IMG/VR virus record: IMGVR_UViG_3300044691_000368
Span: 1 to 59,491 of that record
Strand: one strand, 5' to 3'
Source: a virus
Taxonomy: Duplodnaviria > Caudoviricetes
Length of the DNA stretch: 59,491 bases
Position 1 is the stretch's first letter, and every line of letters starts with the position of its first letter. A program made the translations under genes and the position numbers. Positions 37,401 through 45,894 of this stretch are shown here, in pieces. Under the pieces are notes generated by a model, which ran no database searches, was not told where the DNA came from, and was given only the letters and a program-made list of their open reading frames with translations.

Positions 37401-38263
37401 CATGTACCTGATAACAAAGGAGATACCATGGTAAGCATGAGTTGACCCTTGTACTCGTTGCCTCTCAAGCTGTTGCATCGATGGTGAGCCGGTCTGACGT
37501 TGGTCAGGTTATGCCAGCCGCCGAGCGAAAGCGGCACTACATGGTCGAGGCTGAACGATTCAGCAAGCGACTCCGGTTTGACCTGTATCAATCTCCTACA
37601 TATCCAGCACTTGCGCCCGTACTTTGCAATGACAGCAGCACGGCTCACGGATACGTAAGGAACGTTGGCTTTGCGGGCTCGATCTCGATGGGTCTTATTA
37701 TCCCGGTGAGATATCCAAGCATTCGCCTTCGCGCACGAACTACACAGCTTGCAACCGCAACCGTTGGTCCGTTCGACCGTGAAGGGTAGTGCGCATTGCT
37801 TGCATTGCTTCGTCAACGTTGGCCCTAGTGCGGCGCGTTCAATGCGGTAGAACGCTAGACTCTTGCGCCTTCCATCCTCGAGACTGCATTCCCTTCGTCC
37901 GCATAGCCGCTGATTGGTTTGGACTGGTTCGAAGATACCTTCACATATTGCGCATGGTCGAGGTGCGAGTGCTTGCTCGCGTAACGTCGCACGCTTCTGT
38001 CTGCGCTCTTGCTTGCATCTAGCCATATGCGCGAAGCTGCAATCCCGAGAGCAGAACGTCGCGCATCGTTTCCATGCGTTGAATATCTTCCCGCACTGTT
38101 TGCAGGTATAGTCTGGTCTTCCCGCCAACTTGAGTGCGCTCTGATACCGTCGCTTGCATTCGTCAGAGCAGGTCTTCCTCTTTGCATTGGGAAGAAAAGG
38201 AACTCCACACTGGAGGCAATCGCGCTTGTTTAGGGTTATCGACACCGCATACAATACCACCAT
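37397..38263 (-). CDS. HNH endonuclease with multiple CxxC zinc-finger repeats (homing-type)
   Basis: Repeated CxxC...CSxxC; CWIC...DHVVPLSLGGWHNLTNVRPAHHRCN. Confidence 0.85.
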   Translation of the reverse strand: MVVLYAVSITLNKRDCLQCGVPFLPNAKRKTCSDECKRRYQSALKLAGRPDYTCKQCGKIFNAWKRCATFCSRDCSFAHMARCKQERRQKRATLREQALAPRPCAICEGIFEPVQTNQRLCGRRECSLEDGRRKSLAFYRIERAALGPTLTKQCKQCALPFTVERTNGCGCKLCSSCAKANAWISHRDNKTHRDRARKANVPYVSVSRAAVIAKYGRKCWICRRLIQVKPESLAESFSLDHVVPLSLGGWHNLTNVRPAHHRCNSLRGNEYKGQLMLTMVSPLLSGTW

Positions 38264-38278
38264 TCGTGCGGATTTTAT

Positions 38279-38713
38279 TCACCTGGAAGGGTTGCCGTTC
38301 TGCTCTCTCATGGTCTTGGCACTGTGGCACTCATTGCAGCGCGTCCGGTAGTTGTCGAGGTCGAGCCGGAGGTCTGGGCGCTCTTGTATGGGGATGTCGT
38401 GGTCACCGTGCAGGTGTCTCTCGTTCCGGTTCCATCTTTGCCGCAGCTCATCAAGGATTGCTTCAGTCTGTGGCTCGCCAAGTTCGTACACCCTGAAGTC
38501 GCGGACAGCGTCAGGCTCCCACCCGCAGTCAACGCACTTCCATCCATCACGTTCGAAGCACTGGATCCGGAGCCGCTGGTGATTGGCGTCGTATCCTCGT
38601 GAGTGGGGTGAGCCGCGCTGTTGGCTCTGTTGCTGCCTGCACTGAGAGCAGCGCCCACCGTTCTCGGACTGTCTGCCGCAGGCGTTCGAGCAGTTACGCT
38701 TTGTGAGTCGCAC
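38279..38713 (-). CDS. HNH endonuclease, HK97 gp74-like terminase accessory
   Basis: RGYDANHQRLR, CVDC, DHDIPI...LRLDLDNYRTRCNECHSAKT; upstream of terS. Confidence 0.85.
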   Translation of the reverse strand: MRLTKRNCSNACGRQSENGGRCSQCRQQQSQQRGSPHSRGYDANHQRLRIQCFERDGWKCVDCGWEPDAVRDFRVYELGEPQTEAILDELRQRWNRNERHLHGDHDIPIQERPDLRLDLDNYRTRCNECHSAKTMREQNGNPSR

Positions 38714-38967
38714 GTTGTGGTGGCGTCTCAGGTCGTGGCCACACCACATCGTAGTTGCGGCACGCCTTGCAGATGCGGCATTCGCCGGTCATGTGACAGA
38801 TGTCGCCAGTGTACGAGCGCCAACGGAACCAATGGCCGAACAGTTGGCATACCCAATACAGCCGTGTTGCTTCGCTGACCTTTGTGTACATGCCGAATCC
38901 TTTTTCCGCTGGGCCGCGCGTCCCCTTGGATGAATGCGCGGCCCATGCTGTTGCCGTTGCGGAAACT

Positions 38968-39249
38968 CTACGACTTCGGCGTAACCGTAATGTTTACGGA
39001 CTGATAGCAACCGGTCTTCTTGTCCCAATCCGCAAAGCCCATGTGGCCATTAGCAACGATAGCCACTTGGTTGTCAGGATCGAAGGTCGATAAAATCTGC
39101 TCGCAAAGGTCGGACACTTGCTGGACGGTCTGCTTCTCGCCAGCATCGCTAAGTCCGGCGTCGCCTTCAGCCAGCGGATACGTGAACTGCTGTGATAACT
39201 GACCGCGAACTTCTGCCGGTGTTCCTGATCCACTTACGCTCCAACTCAT
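38968..39249 (-). CDS. Hypothetical protein
   Basis: MSWSVSGSG...; GAGGG RBS. Confidence 0.55.
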   Translation of the reverse strand: MSWSVSGSGTPAEVRGQLSQQFTYPLAEGDAGLSDAGEKQTVQQVSDLCEQILSTFDPDNQVAIVANGHMGFADWDKKTGCYQSVNITVTPKS

Positions 39250-39328
39250 TATTTCCCTCTTTCTCTCCCCATTGGGGAGCCATGCAATTGCGGAACTTTA
39301 CAGGCTCCTGAACCAATTCAGGATTGCG

Positions 39329-39673
39329 CTAATTAGCCGTTCCAGCCAACCCGGTCGGTGGTTGAAGAGGCACCGTGGAGGTCAGGGTGATCTTGTTGGA
39401 TGGAACTGATTCCACACCACCCAGAGCGGCTGTGACGTAATAGCACTGCACGCCCACCAGGGGAGAAACGTCAGTGTAAGGTCCACCAGCCACCACGCCC
39501 GTTGCGATCTGCACGAACGCAGTAGGATTCGAGGCGCATGAACCAGTGGCGCGATAGACGTTGATCGTGGTTCCGTTGGTGGGCGATGCCGTCCAGGTCA
39601 GAACGTCAGTGTGCGCCGTCTGGCCGAAGGCGGAGGCGGTAAGCAAAAGTAGCGCTGCAAGTTTGATCTTCAT
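39329..39673 (-). CDS. Small secreted fibronectin type III-like protein
   Basis: Signal peptide MKIKLAALLLLTASAFG; LTWTAS, NVYR, YYVTA, ESVPSN. Confidence 0.8.
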   Translation of the reverse strand: MKIKLAALLLLTASAFGQTAHTDVLTWTASPTNGTTINVYRATGSCASNPTAFVQIATGVVAGGPYTDVSPLVGVQCYYVTAALGGVESVPSNKITLTSTVPLQPPTGLAGTAN

Positions 39674-39681
39674 GAAACTCC

Positions 39682-40056
39682 TCACTGACACCGTGCGTAC
39701 CGCGTGATCTCGTGGCGCTTCTTGTTAGGGTTGAGCGAAACGCCTTTGAACATCAACTCTGCCGTAAAGTCTTGGATGGCCCACTGCATCTGCATGTCGT
39801 CGCTTACCTGCAAGAGGTACCGGGCCACATGCTCATGTTCCCCGAACACAAGTTTGAATCCCCAGCGCAACTGCTGATTGAGCCAGAACTGCCGAGGCGT
39901 GCGGGTGGCGAGATGGAATCCCTCGGGAAGTTCGCAGTCGCACAGGCGCTTCGTCTTGCAGCGCATCTCCACCTGTTCGTCCATGGTGCGAGCGGTGGGA
40001 TCGGGTGCATTGTCGACGTCGTTCCACATCGGGCCGGTGGCCTTCGAGACTGTCAT
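39682..40056 (-). CDS. Hypothetical protein
   Basis: 124-aa ORF coupled to the upstream HTH gene. Confidence 0.5.
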   Translation of the reverse strand: MTVSKATGPMWNDVDNAPDPTARTMDEQVEMRCKTKRLCDCELPEGFHLATRTPRQFWLNQQLRWGFKLVFGEHEHVARYLLQVSDDMQMQWAIQDFTAELMFKGVSLNPNKKRHEITRYARCQ

Positions 40057-40304
40057 GCGGCCCTCTTGGGGAGATTGAGCTTAGGATGGAGCTCGCGGGA
40101 GTGATATTGCATGGCAAGTTCTAGCCGGGAGCTGACACCGAGGAGATCGAAAAGCGCTTGAATATGCGTATTGACTGTATGGTGGCTCATTCCTAGATTC
40201 AGTCCTACGTGGCGGACTGGTAGAGCCGTTGAAACCAGCACTAAATAGACCTCAAACTGCCTCGGCGTAATTGTTCTCAACTCCATGATGTGGAGCGCTC
40301 TCAC
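40053..40304 (-). CDS. LuxR/GerE-type HTH regulator
   Basis: ITPRQFEV...LGMSHHTVNTHIQALFDLLGVSSRLELA. Confidence 0.85.
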   Translation of the reverse strand: MRALHIMELRTITPRQFEVYLVLVSTALPVRHVGLNLGMSHHTVNTHIQALFDLLGVSSRLELAMQYHSRELHPKLNLPKRAA

Positions 40305-40714
40305 GCCAGCACCAACTCAGGCTCTCTTTGCCCTGCTGGTACGTGGCGACCCTTGAATCCCACTCTCAACTGCATGGTGCAGACCGGACCGCTTTGGGTC
40401 TTCTGCCATGTGCCAGCGGCTTGCTCAGTGAAAGTGGCCAGAGTGGTGAAACGCTTTGTCTGCTCACCGGTCTCGGGATCAAGGAAGGCCATTTCGCCCG
40501 TGGCCTTCTTTTCTGCAACAGTATGTTGGGCATAGTGCGTATGCAGTCTGCATTTATTCGCGAAGATGTGCCAATGCCGCGCTTGGCTCACCGACAAGAC
40601 GCAAACGTTCCTATTTTCGTAGGGTTTGGCCTGTAGTGGTTTGGGTCGATGGCTTACGTGCACGCAGGGGCGTGACCACTTGGCAGAAGGACGTGCGATC
40701 ATCCGGCGCTCCAA
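40301..40714 (-). CDS. Hypothetical protein (true start probably internal)
   Basis: C-half fits the operon and overlaps the HTH start. Confidence 0.35.
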   Translation of the reverse strand: MERRMIARPSAKWSRPCVHVSHRPKPLQAKPYENRNVCVLSVSQARHWHIFANKCRLHTHYAQHTVAEKKATGEMAFLDPETGEQTKRFTTLATFTEQAAGTWQKTQSGPVCTMQLRVGFKGRHVPAGQREPELVLA

Positions 40715-40946
40715 AGATTGAAATTGGGTGACACCGGAAAACGAGAGCGGGTAGCTCTGATGTTGTTTTGGTTATTTCGGGGGTGGGTCGGCTGTACTGC
40801 TCGAAGATCAGGTCAGTCTTGCGCGGCTGACTCGCAACATCCACTCCGGCTCTTCGGGGCTGGGAGTGAAGTTTGGTTTCACTGTTCGGTTTTGAATATA
40901 ACATGACACGTGCGATTACTGAACACGTTACTCAGAAGGTACGCAG

Positions 40947-41147
40947 CTAGTACTTGCCGCTGATATCCCGCAACCAAAACAATTGCTTCACACTGACGAA
41001 GCTGGAAGACTCCATCTTTGTGGCGAACTCGCGCTCTTTTGCCGTCATCTCGTCTTGAATTCCAGTGAGTCGCGAAACGATGCGGTCCTTCTCGGCTACG
41101 CGCTCATCCTGCGTCAACGTGCATTCACTCAAGTCGTTGTATCCCAT
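40947..41147 (-). CDS. Hypothetical protein
   Basis: 66-aa ORF in operon. Confidence 0.5.
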   Translation of the reverse strand: MGYNDLSECTLTQDERVAEKDRIVSRLTGIQDEMTAKEREFATKMESSSFVSVKQLFWLRDISGKY

Positions 41148-41344
41148 TACTTGGCAACCTTTATGCGGTGCGGCGCGAACAAAATAAATCCGACAACCAG
41201 AACCATGCCAGCAACAATGCTTGGCCCAAAGTATGGGTGCGCCATGTTGAACTCCCTCGATTGCTCCGGATGTTGAGCGCTGTGCTTCTGCACCATCCGC
41301 GCTCCTGCTGCTACTGCTACCGCTCCTCCAGCCATTTCTCTCAC
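41147..41344 (-). CDS. Small membrane protein
   Basis: GAGGTG-associated start; C-terminal TM. Confidence 0.45.
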   Translation of the reverse strand: MREMAGGAVAVAAGARMVQKHSAQHPEQSREFNMAHPYFGPSIVAGMVLVVGFILFAPHRIKVAK

Positions 41345-41395
41345 CTCTCGGTTTTGAAGTGCCGACGCTATGGGAGCCGTCGGCGCTCAGGGTTA

Positions 41396-41581
41396 CTAGA
41401 CTTTCTTGATGGGTTTCAGCACTATGCGGGACTCGCCCACCTCATGCACATTGAACGAGATTCCCTTGAGGTCGACGGTCTCGCCTTCCTGAAAGCGTGT
41501 CCAGTCGCGCTGTGGATGGGGCAGTGTTGCGATGGCGCTTTCGTCTACCGCGACGAACTTGTTCTCGTGTGGGTCGTACAT
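41396..41581 (-). CDS. Hypothetical protein
   Basis: GAGGTG RBS before MYDPHEN. Confidence 0.5.
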   Translation of the reverse strand: MYDPHENKFVAVDESAIATLPHPQRDWTRFQEGETVDLKGISFNVHEVGESRIVLKPIKKV

Positions 41582-41674
41582 GCTCACCTCTTTCGTTTGG
41601 GAAGCTGGGGCGCTGTGTGAGCCGCCCACGCTTGAACTTGCTCAATTGTGTGATTCTGTGATTTTGGTGCGCTG

Positions 41675-42013
41675 TTAGACCGCCGGTGCCGGGGTGGGAG
41701 CCGGTGCGGCAGCCTTCAGGCCAGCATCGACCGCAGAGAGACCGCTCTGGATCGCCTGAGCCTTGGCAAGGACGCCGGTGAGGTCTACGCCGGGATTGGC
41801 AGCTTGCAGTGCAGCGACTTCGGTTTCAATGCTCTGAGCGTCGGTCGCTACGGTGGAGAGCGTGGACGAGATGCCGTCCAATAGGGTGTTGAGGTCGTCA
41901 AGCTGGGACATGATTTTCTCCTGGTTGTTCAAAATCAGGCGTAGCAGTCGCAGTGTTAGTTTTTGCTCTGCGCTGCAGTGCTCCTCGAATACTTCAATTT
42001 CGATTAGGCTCAC
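41675..42013 (-). CDS. Hypothetical coiled-coil protein
   Basis: GGAGG RBS before GTG 42013; heptad pattern. Confidence 0.5.
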   Translation of the reverse strand: MSLIEIEVFEEHCSAEQKLTLRLLRLILNNQEKIMSQLDDLNTLLDGISSTLSTVATDAQSIETEVAALQAANPGVDLTGVLAKAQAIQSGLSAVDAGLKAAAPAPTPAPAV

Positions 42014-42063
42014 TGGTCTGCCTCCTGTGCCGCATACAGTACAACAAAATGTGCGGAAATTAT

Positions 42064-42345
42064 TCACGCGAACAATTCGAAGATGTGCCATACGAACACA
42101 CGGTCAAACACTGTTCCCAAATAGCAGGGATTCTTTGGCAGGCAGTGACCGGTGCCGGCGATATGAAAACGCCGCTCGATTGGCGCTGCATCGGCATCGA
42201 CGAGGCACCAGAGGGTGACGACGCCCTTCTGCATCCCTACGTGCTGTATGCCCGTAGAAGGCGGGAGTTGTATGCTAACCGTGTCATCGAATACGGCGCC
42301 ATTTACGTCGAACAGCGGGTATTTGTACATCCTCAGATCAGCCAT
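42064..42345 (-). CDS. Conserved small phage protein
   Basis: MYKYPL...LWCLVD...GTGH...YLGTV...VWHIFE. Confidence 0.65.
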   Translation of the reverse strand: MADLRMYKYPLFDVNGAVFDDTVSIQLPPSTGIQHVGMQKGVVTLWCLVDADAAPIERRFHIAGTGHCLPKNPCYLGTVFDRVFVWHIFELFA

Positions 42346-42974
42346 TACGCTGCCTCCCTCTTGAATCCCTCAGCCTTGCGCCGCGTATAAAACTCCACCC
42401 ACTTCCGCTCAATCTTTTCTCCTGCCACTGCTCGGAAGGATTCCAGTTCATCCAACTCATCTGGAGGCCGCACCAGGTCCAAGGCAGGATGCGCCCAGAT
42501 CGCCTGTAAGCCGGTGCGCTCATCCCCGAAGCCGAAGTCGCATACTGTGGCCTTGACGACGCCTGAGAGTACCGGCGGTTCGATCGGTGGCGTGCCGCGG
42601 TTGGTGAGCTTGCGCCCGTGGTGCCGTAGCAGGGGGATGAGGGTTGCGAACTCGCGCTTGGCCTCCTGCTCGACGGGCGCGGCGGTGACCAGGCCGGCGA
42701 ACCGGCGAATCTCCGCGATGTCGGGCCGGTACACCGAGGCATTCAGCGCCAGGCGGAAGGCTTCATCGAAGCGCACCTCACCGATTTCGCTGAGCGTCTG
42801 CTGCCAAAGCTGGACCATCAGCGCCTTCGAGAATTTGTCCAGCGTGGGGCCGGGCTTGAGCGCCTCCCCCGCCGAGATACGCTGGAGTATCCATATCGCC
42901 GAGGAGTTCGAGAGCGCCGCGGCTTGTGTTGGCGATGTCGGCGAAATTGCGCTGTTTCCCGTTGGTGTTTCCAT
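42345..42974 (-). CDS. Replication accessory protein (helicase loader/inhibitor-like); start uncertain
   Basis: Follows the initiator; W...L...F...YRPDIAEIR pattern. Confidence 0.45.
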   Translation of the reverse strand: METPTGNSAISPTSPTQAAALSNSSAIWILQRISAGEALKPGPTLDKFSKALMVQLWQQTLSEIGEVRFDEAFRLALNASVYRPDIAEIRRFAGLVTAAPVEQEAKREFATLIPLLRHHGRKLTNRGTPPIEPPVLSGVVKATVCDFGFGDERTGLQAIWAHPALDLVRPPDELDELESFRAVAGEKIERKWVEFYTRRKAEGFKREAA

Positions 42975-43671
42975 GTGTACTGCCTCCCTTGTCCTGCTCT
43001 TTGCCCAACCATCGGGCGATTCTCTGCTTTGACCCGTTCACCGACTGGCTGCACTTGTCGGGGTGCGCGTCGAGCCATACGCACACCTCCCGCAACTGCT
43101 GGCTTACGTCGACCGCCGGGTACGATTGCTCGTAGACCACCACGTCGGCCTGGGTGATGATGTGAAACTTCTTCCCCGTGAGCGGCAGTGCGATGAAAGT
43201 GGGGCTGGCGGGAACCGCGACAGCGGTGGACGCTTCCCTGTTCCCTGTTCCCTGTTCAATTCCATTCCCTGTTCCCTGATCAGGGCGGAGAGACTCCGGA
43301 GGTTTCACGTAATTCTCCGGAGGTTTCCGTGAGCCTTCATTGAATCTCTGTTTTAGCCTTGATTCTGAAGGGTGTGACACCTTTTGGTGTGAGTTGAAGT
43401 TGACGATTCGCCCGATCATCTTGCCGTCCGCACACGAATGAATCTCGATGTACCCCATGGCTAAAAGTTGGGCGAGTTGGGCGACGATGGGAGTTGGATC
43501 GTCCCTCAGTGGGTGCGTGCCGGCCCTGACGAGTCCAGGGTTAGCGTTGAAATATCCCTCGTCGTCGGCGTAGTTGGTGAGTGCGCCGGCGAGGAGGTGC
43601 GTCTCCGCTGGCAACGCTGACAACTCCTCGTGAGAGTGGAACTCGGGCTTGATTGTGCGTATGCGTCCCAT
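42778..43671 (-). CDS. Phage replication initiator
   Basis: MGRIRTIKPEF, NYADDEGYF, NFNSHQKV, YPAVDV...WL...RWLGKEQ. Confidence 0.8.
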   Translation of the reverse strand: MGRIRTIKPEFHSHEELSALPAETHLLAGALTNYADDEGYFNANPGLVRAGTHPLRDDPTPIVAQLAQLLAMGYIEIHSCADGKMIGRIVNFNSHQKVSHPSESRLKQRFNEGSRKPPENYVKPPESLRPDQGTGNGIEQGTGNREASTAVAVPASPTFIALPLTGKKFHIITQADVVVYEQSYPAVDVSQQLREVCVWLDAHPDKCSQSVNGSKQRIARWLGKEQDKGGSTHGNTNGKQRNFADIANTSRGALELLGDMDTPAYLGGGGAQARPHAGQILEGADGPALAADAQRNR

Positions 43672-44243
43672 TAGAAGGGGATTTCCTTATCGCTCACTGC
43701 GAGCGTGAAGATGCGGTGACGGGCATAGAGTTGAGCCATTGCGTAAAGTTCAACACCCAACGAATCCCTGATTCGTTCTGGGGGCGTTCCTTCCACAGCG
43801 ACCATCTGAAATACCTGCCAGAGAATCGTCTGGAGCCAAAAGGGATCCTGACCATCCACTTTCTGGTCGAGGCGAAACATAGCCTTCTCGAATTCTTCAC
43901 GCAACTCTAGGCATGCGCCACAATAGCGCGATCGGTAGTTCCAATGGGGGGCGTAGCATCCCTCACATTTGGCCTTCTTTACTTCCCTCAACTCGCTGCG
44001 ACCGTATGTCTCAACCTCATGGCAGCGCCGGCACAATACCTCAAGGTCTTCGGGTTGCTCATTGCCCTTGTTCGCGTAGGTCAAGTGATGAACATTGAGG
44101 TCCTGGTCGTAGGCGATTTCAGCTAGCCACCGCGGCAGTTCGCAGCGCTCGCACTTATCGCCGGCATCTGCGATCGCCTCTTTACGCTTCTCCTGCCAGT
44201 TAGGTCCCTGCAGGTACTTCCTGTATTCAGTTTTAGTCGCCAT
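43671..44243 (-). CDS. HNH-like protein
   Basis: YRKYLQGPNWQEKR, CERC, LNVHHLTY, DLEVLCRRCH. Confidence 0.8.
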   Translation of the reverse strand: MATKTEYRKYLQGPNWQEKRKEAIADAGDKCERCELPRWLAEIAYDQDLNVHHLTYANKGNEQPEDLEVLCRRCHEVETYGRSELREVKKAKCEGCYAPHWNYRSRYCGACLELREEFEKAMFRLDQKVDGQDPFWLQTILWQVFQMVAVEGTPPERIRDSLGVELYAMAQLYARHRIFTLAVSDKEIPF

Positions 44244-44345
44244 CTACGTCCCCTACACTTTCTAAAATCTCTTCGGTCAAGCAAAGCTCCAGAGGGAGGT
44301 CTGTGAGGACTGGAGGAGGTATCAACCATTGCGGCGCCGGCTCGC

Positions 44346-44591
44346 TCACGCTTCACCCCAGAATGGACGCACAGAGTAAACCCGCTCGGGGTGACCTGGG
44401 TCCGGACTCGCCTTGCAAATGCCAACCATTCTCTGAGCACCGGCTTTGGTGTTGTAAACGAACATTTGGCCCGCGTAGCTGTGATACAGCCACTTCTCCT
44501 TGGTCATGCCGACGCCACGCTTCTTTGGCGCACGGAAGACCACTGCGTACATCACGCGAGGCCTCGGCAGAATGCTCAGGTCTTGAATCAC
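44346..44591 (-). CDS. Hypothetical protein
   Basis: Coupled small ORF. Confidence 0.4.
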   Translation of the reverse strand: MIQDLSILPRPRVMYAVVFRAPKKRGVGMTKEKWLYHSYAGQMFVYNTKAGAQRMVGICKASPDPGHPERVYSVRPFWGEA

Positions 44592-44851
44592 GCCACCCTC
44601 TCAGCCTGGGACCGGACACCGGGAACGCCAGAAATCATCTTCCGTGCAGCCATGCCGCCCACGGCGACAGTCTGGGAGTTTGGATATTGGGAGAGTTTGA
44701 GGATTACCGCACGCGCCTGAGAATCCATCGATCGCAAGCGTGCCTCACCGCCCAACATCCTCAGCCGCCTAATGGTGATTCCAAGCTCATCCGCGTAGAC
44801 CGATGCCGTGCTCCTCTTCCTGCCAGCACGGTTCACCATTGTTTGCTCCAA
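44588..44851 (-). CDS. Hypothetical protein (possible HTH)
   Basis: YADELGITIRRLR. Confidence 0.4.
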   Translation of the reverse strand: MEQTMVNRAGRKRSTASVYADELGITIRRLRMLGGEARLRSMDSQARAVILKLSQYPNSQTVAVGGMAARKMISGVPGVRSQAERVA

Positions 44852-45042
44852 AATGGCTCTGCCTTCCTTGTGCGGGAAGCCGCATAATCCAAATCCTTCA
44901 GCGACGTAACCTCAATGAGAGACATGGCAATTCGTACAGCCGCCTCCTCGCCGGGAGTTCGAAAGCATTCGATTCCCCGATACTCGCCCAACTGCTCAAG
45001 CATCCTGAGCAGTTGGGCCTTGCGTGATTTCAACTTTGCCAC
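44833..45042 (-). CDS. Hypothetical protein
   Basis: Small ORF in operon. Confidence 0.4.
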   Translation of the reverse strand: MAKLKSRKAQLLRMLEQLGEYRGIECFRTPGEEAAVRIAMSLIEVTSLKDLDYAASRTRKAEPFWSKQW

Positions 45043-45227
45043 TCGACACTTCCCTTCCTGTTGCGGTCCAAATCATCTGCCAGTTCTTGCATCTTGATTA
45101 CGAGTCCCTGAGAGCGGAGCTTGCGTAAGGCACGCCGAAGGCACATGTTGACAGCGGCCTTCGACATGTCCATCTCTTCTGCTATCTCTGAAACGGACAT
45201 GTGAGCGTTGGTGGGGAGGTTCCTCAT
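45030..45227 (-). CDS. Sigma-70 region 4-like HTH protein
   Basis: MSVSEIAEEMDMSKAAVNMCLRRALRKLR. Confidence 0.8.
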   Translation of the reverse strand: MRNLPTNAHMSVSEIAEEMDMSKAAVNMCLRRALRKLRSQGLVIKMQELADDLDRNRKGSVEWQS

Positions 45228-45680
45228 TTAGCAGCCTCTCTCTTTGAAATAGGACTGCCATTGTTTCCAGCCCTTAGAAGTGAAGAATCCCCACTCGCGG
45301 CGACGAGTCCCCATGAAGACGAGCGTTACCGCCTTCTTGCCGTCGATAAGCTCCACGCGGTGTGCATGGGACGCCCTTCGGAACAAGAGCATGCCGGGCC
45401 ATATCCGCTTACGCTGACGAGCCCAGCAGATGCCTTCGGAGCGTTCACTTTCGCGCGTACCGCAGACTAAGCACGGTGTCACCTCGACATAGCCACGCCA
45501 AAGAATCAGTGAAGCGAAGGGCCACGGATGATCGTGCAGTTCGTCAGCATCGCTGCGATGAAAGACGTGCAGGCATACCCTGACAGGTCCGAGTCTAGGG
45601 AATGCGTACCGCGTCATGTAGGGCGAGTTTCCATCCCCGCGAGACTCGCAACCGTAGATAATCTGTTTTGCAACGATCAA
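45228..45680 (-). CDS. Cupin-like phage protein
   Basis: LHVFHRSDADELHDHPW...GYVE...HRVEL...RRREWGF; GGAGGTG RBS before TTG 45680. Confidence 0.7.
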   Translation of the reverse strand: MIVAKQIIYGCESRGDGNSPYMTRYAFPRLGPVRVCLHVFHRSDADELHDHPWPFASLILWRGYVEVTPCLVCGTRESERSEGICWARQRKRIWPGMLLFRRASHAHRVELIDGKKAVTLVFMGTRRREWGFFTSKGWKQWQSYFKERGC

Positions 45681-45718
45681 AGTTTCACCTCCACAGGAAA
45701 ACCGCCTAAAATCCCACC

Positions 45719-45892
45719 ATGGCAAAGAAGCCACGAACTCCAAAAGTCGGCGACAAGGTCATCCCCAAAGGCTCCGAGTTGGTCTACACCATCTGGCAGG
45801 TCTATGAAGATGGAGAGGTCAACATCCACGTCGAGGGGACACTCGTGGAGCGCTACCGGGTGCAGGTTAGAGACCTTACTTGGGTGGAGTAG
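45719..45892 (+). CDS. 57-aa small beta-barrel (SH3/KOW-like) protein on the opposite strand
   Basis: MAKKPRTPKVGDKVIPKGSELVYTIWQVYEDGEVNIHVEG...; fills the gap between two minus-strand genes. Confidence 0.55.
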   Translation: MAKKPRTPKVGDKVIPKGSELVYTIWQVYEDGEVNIHVEGTLVERYRVQVRDLTWVE

Positions 45893-45894
45893 GG

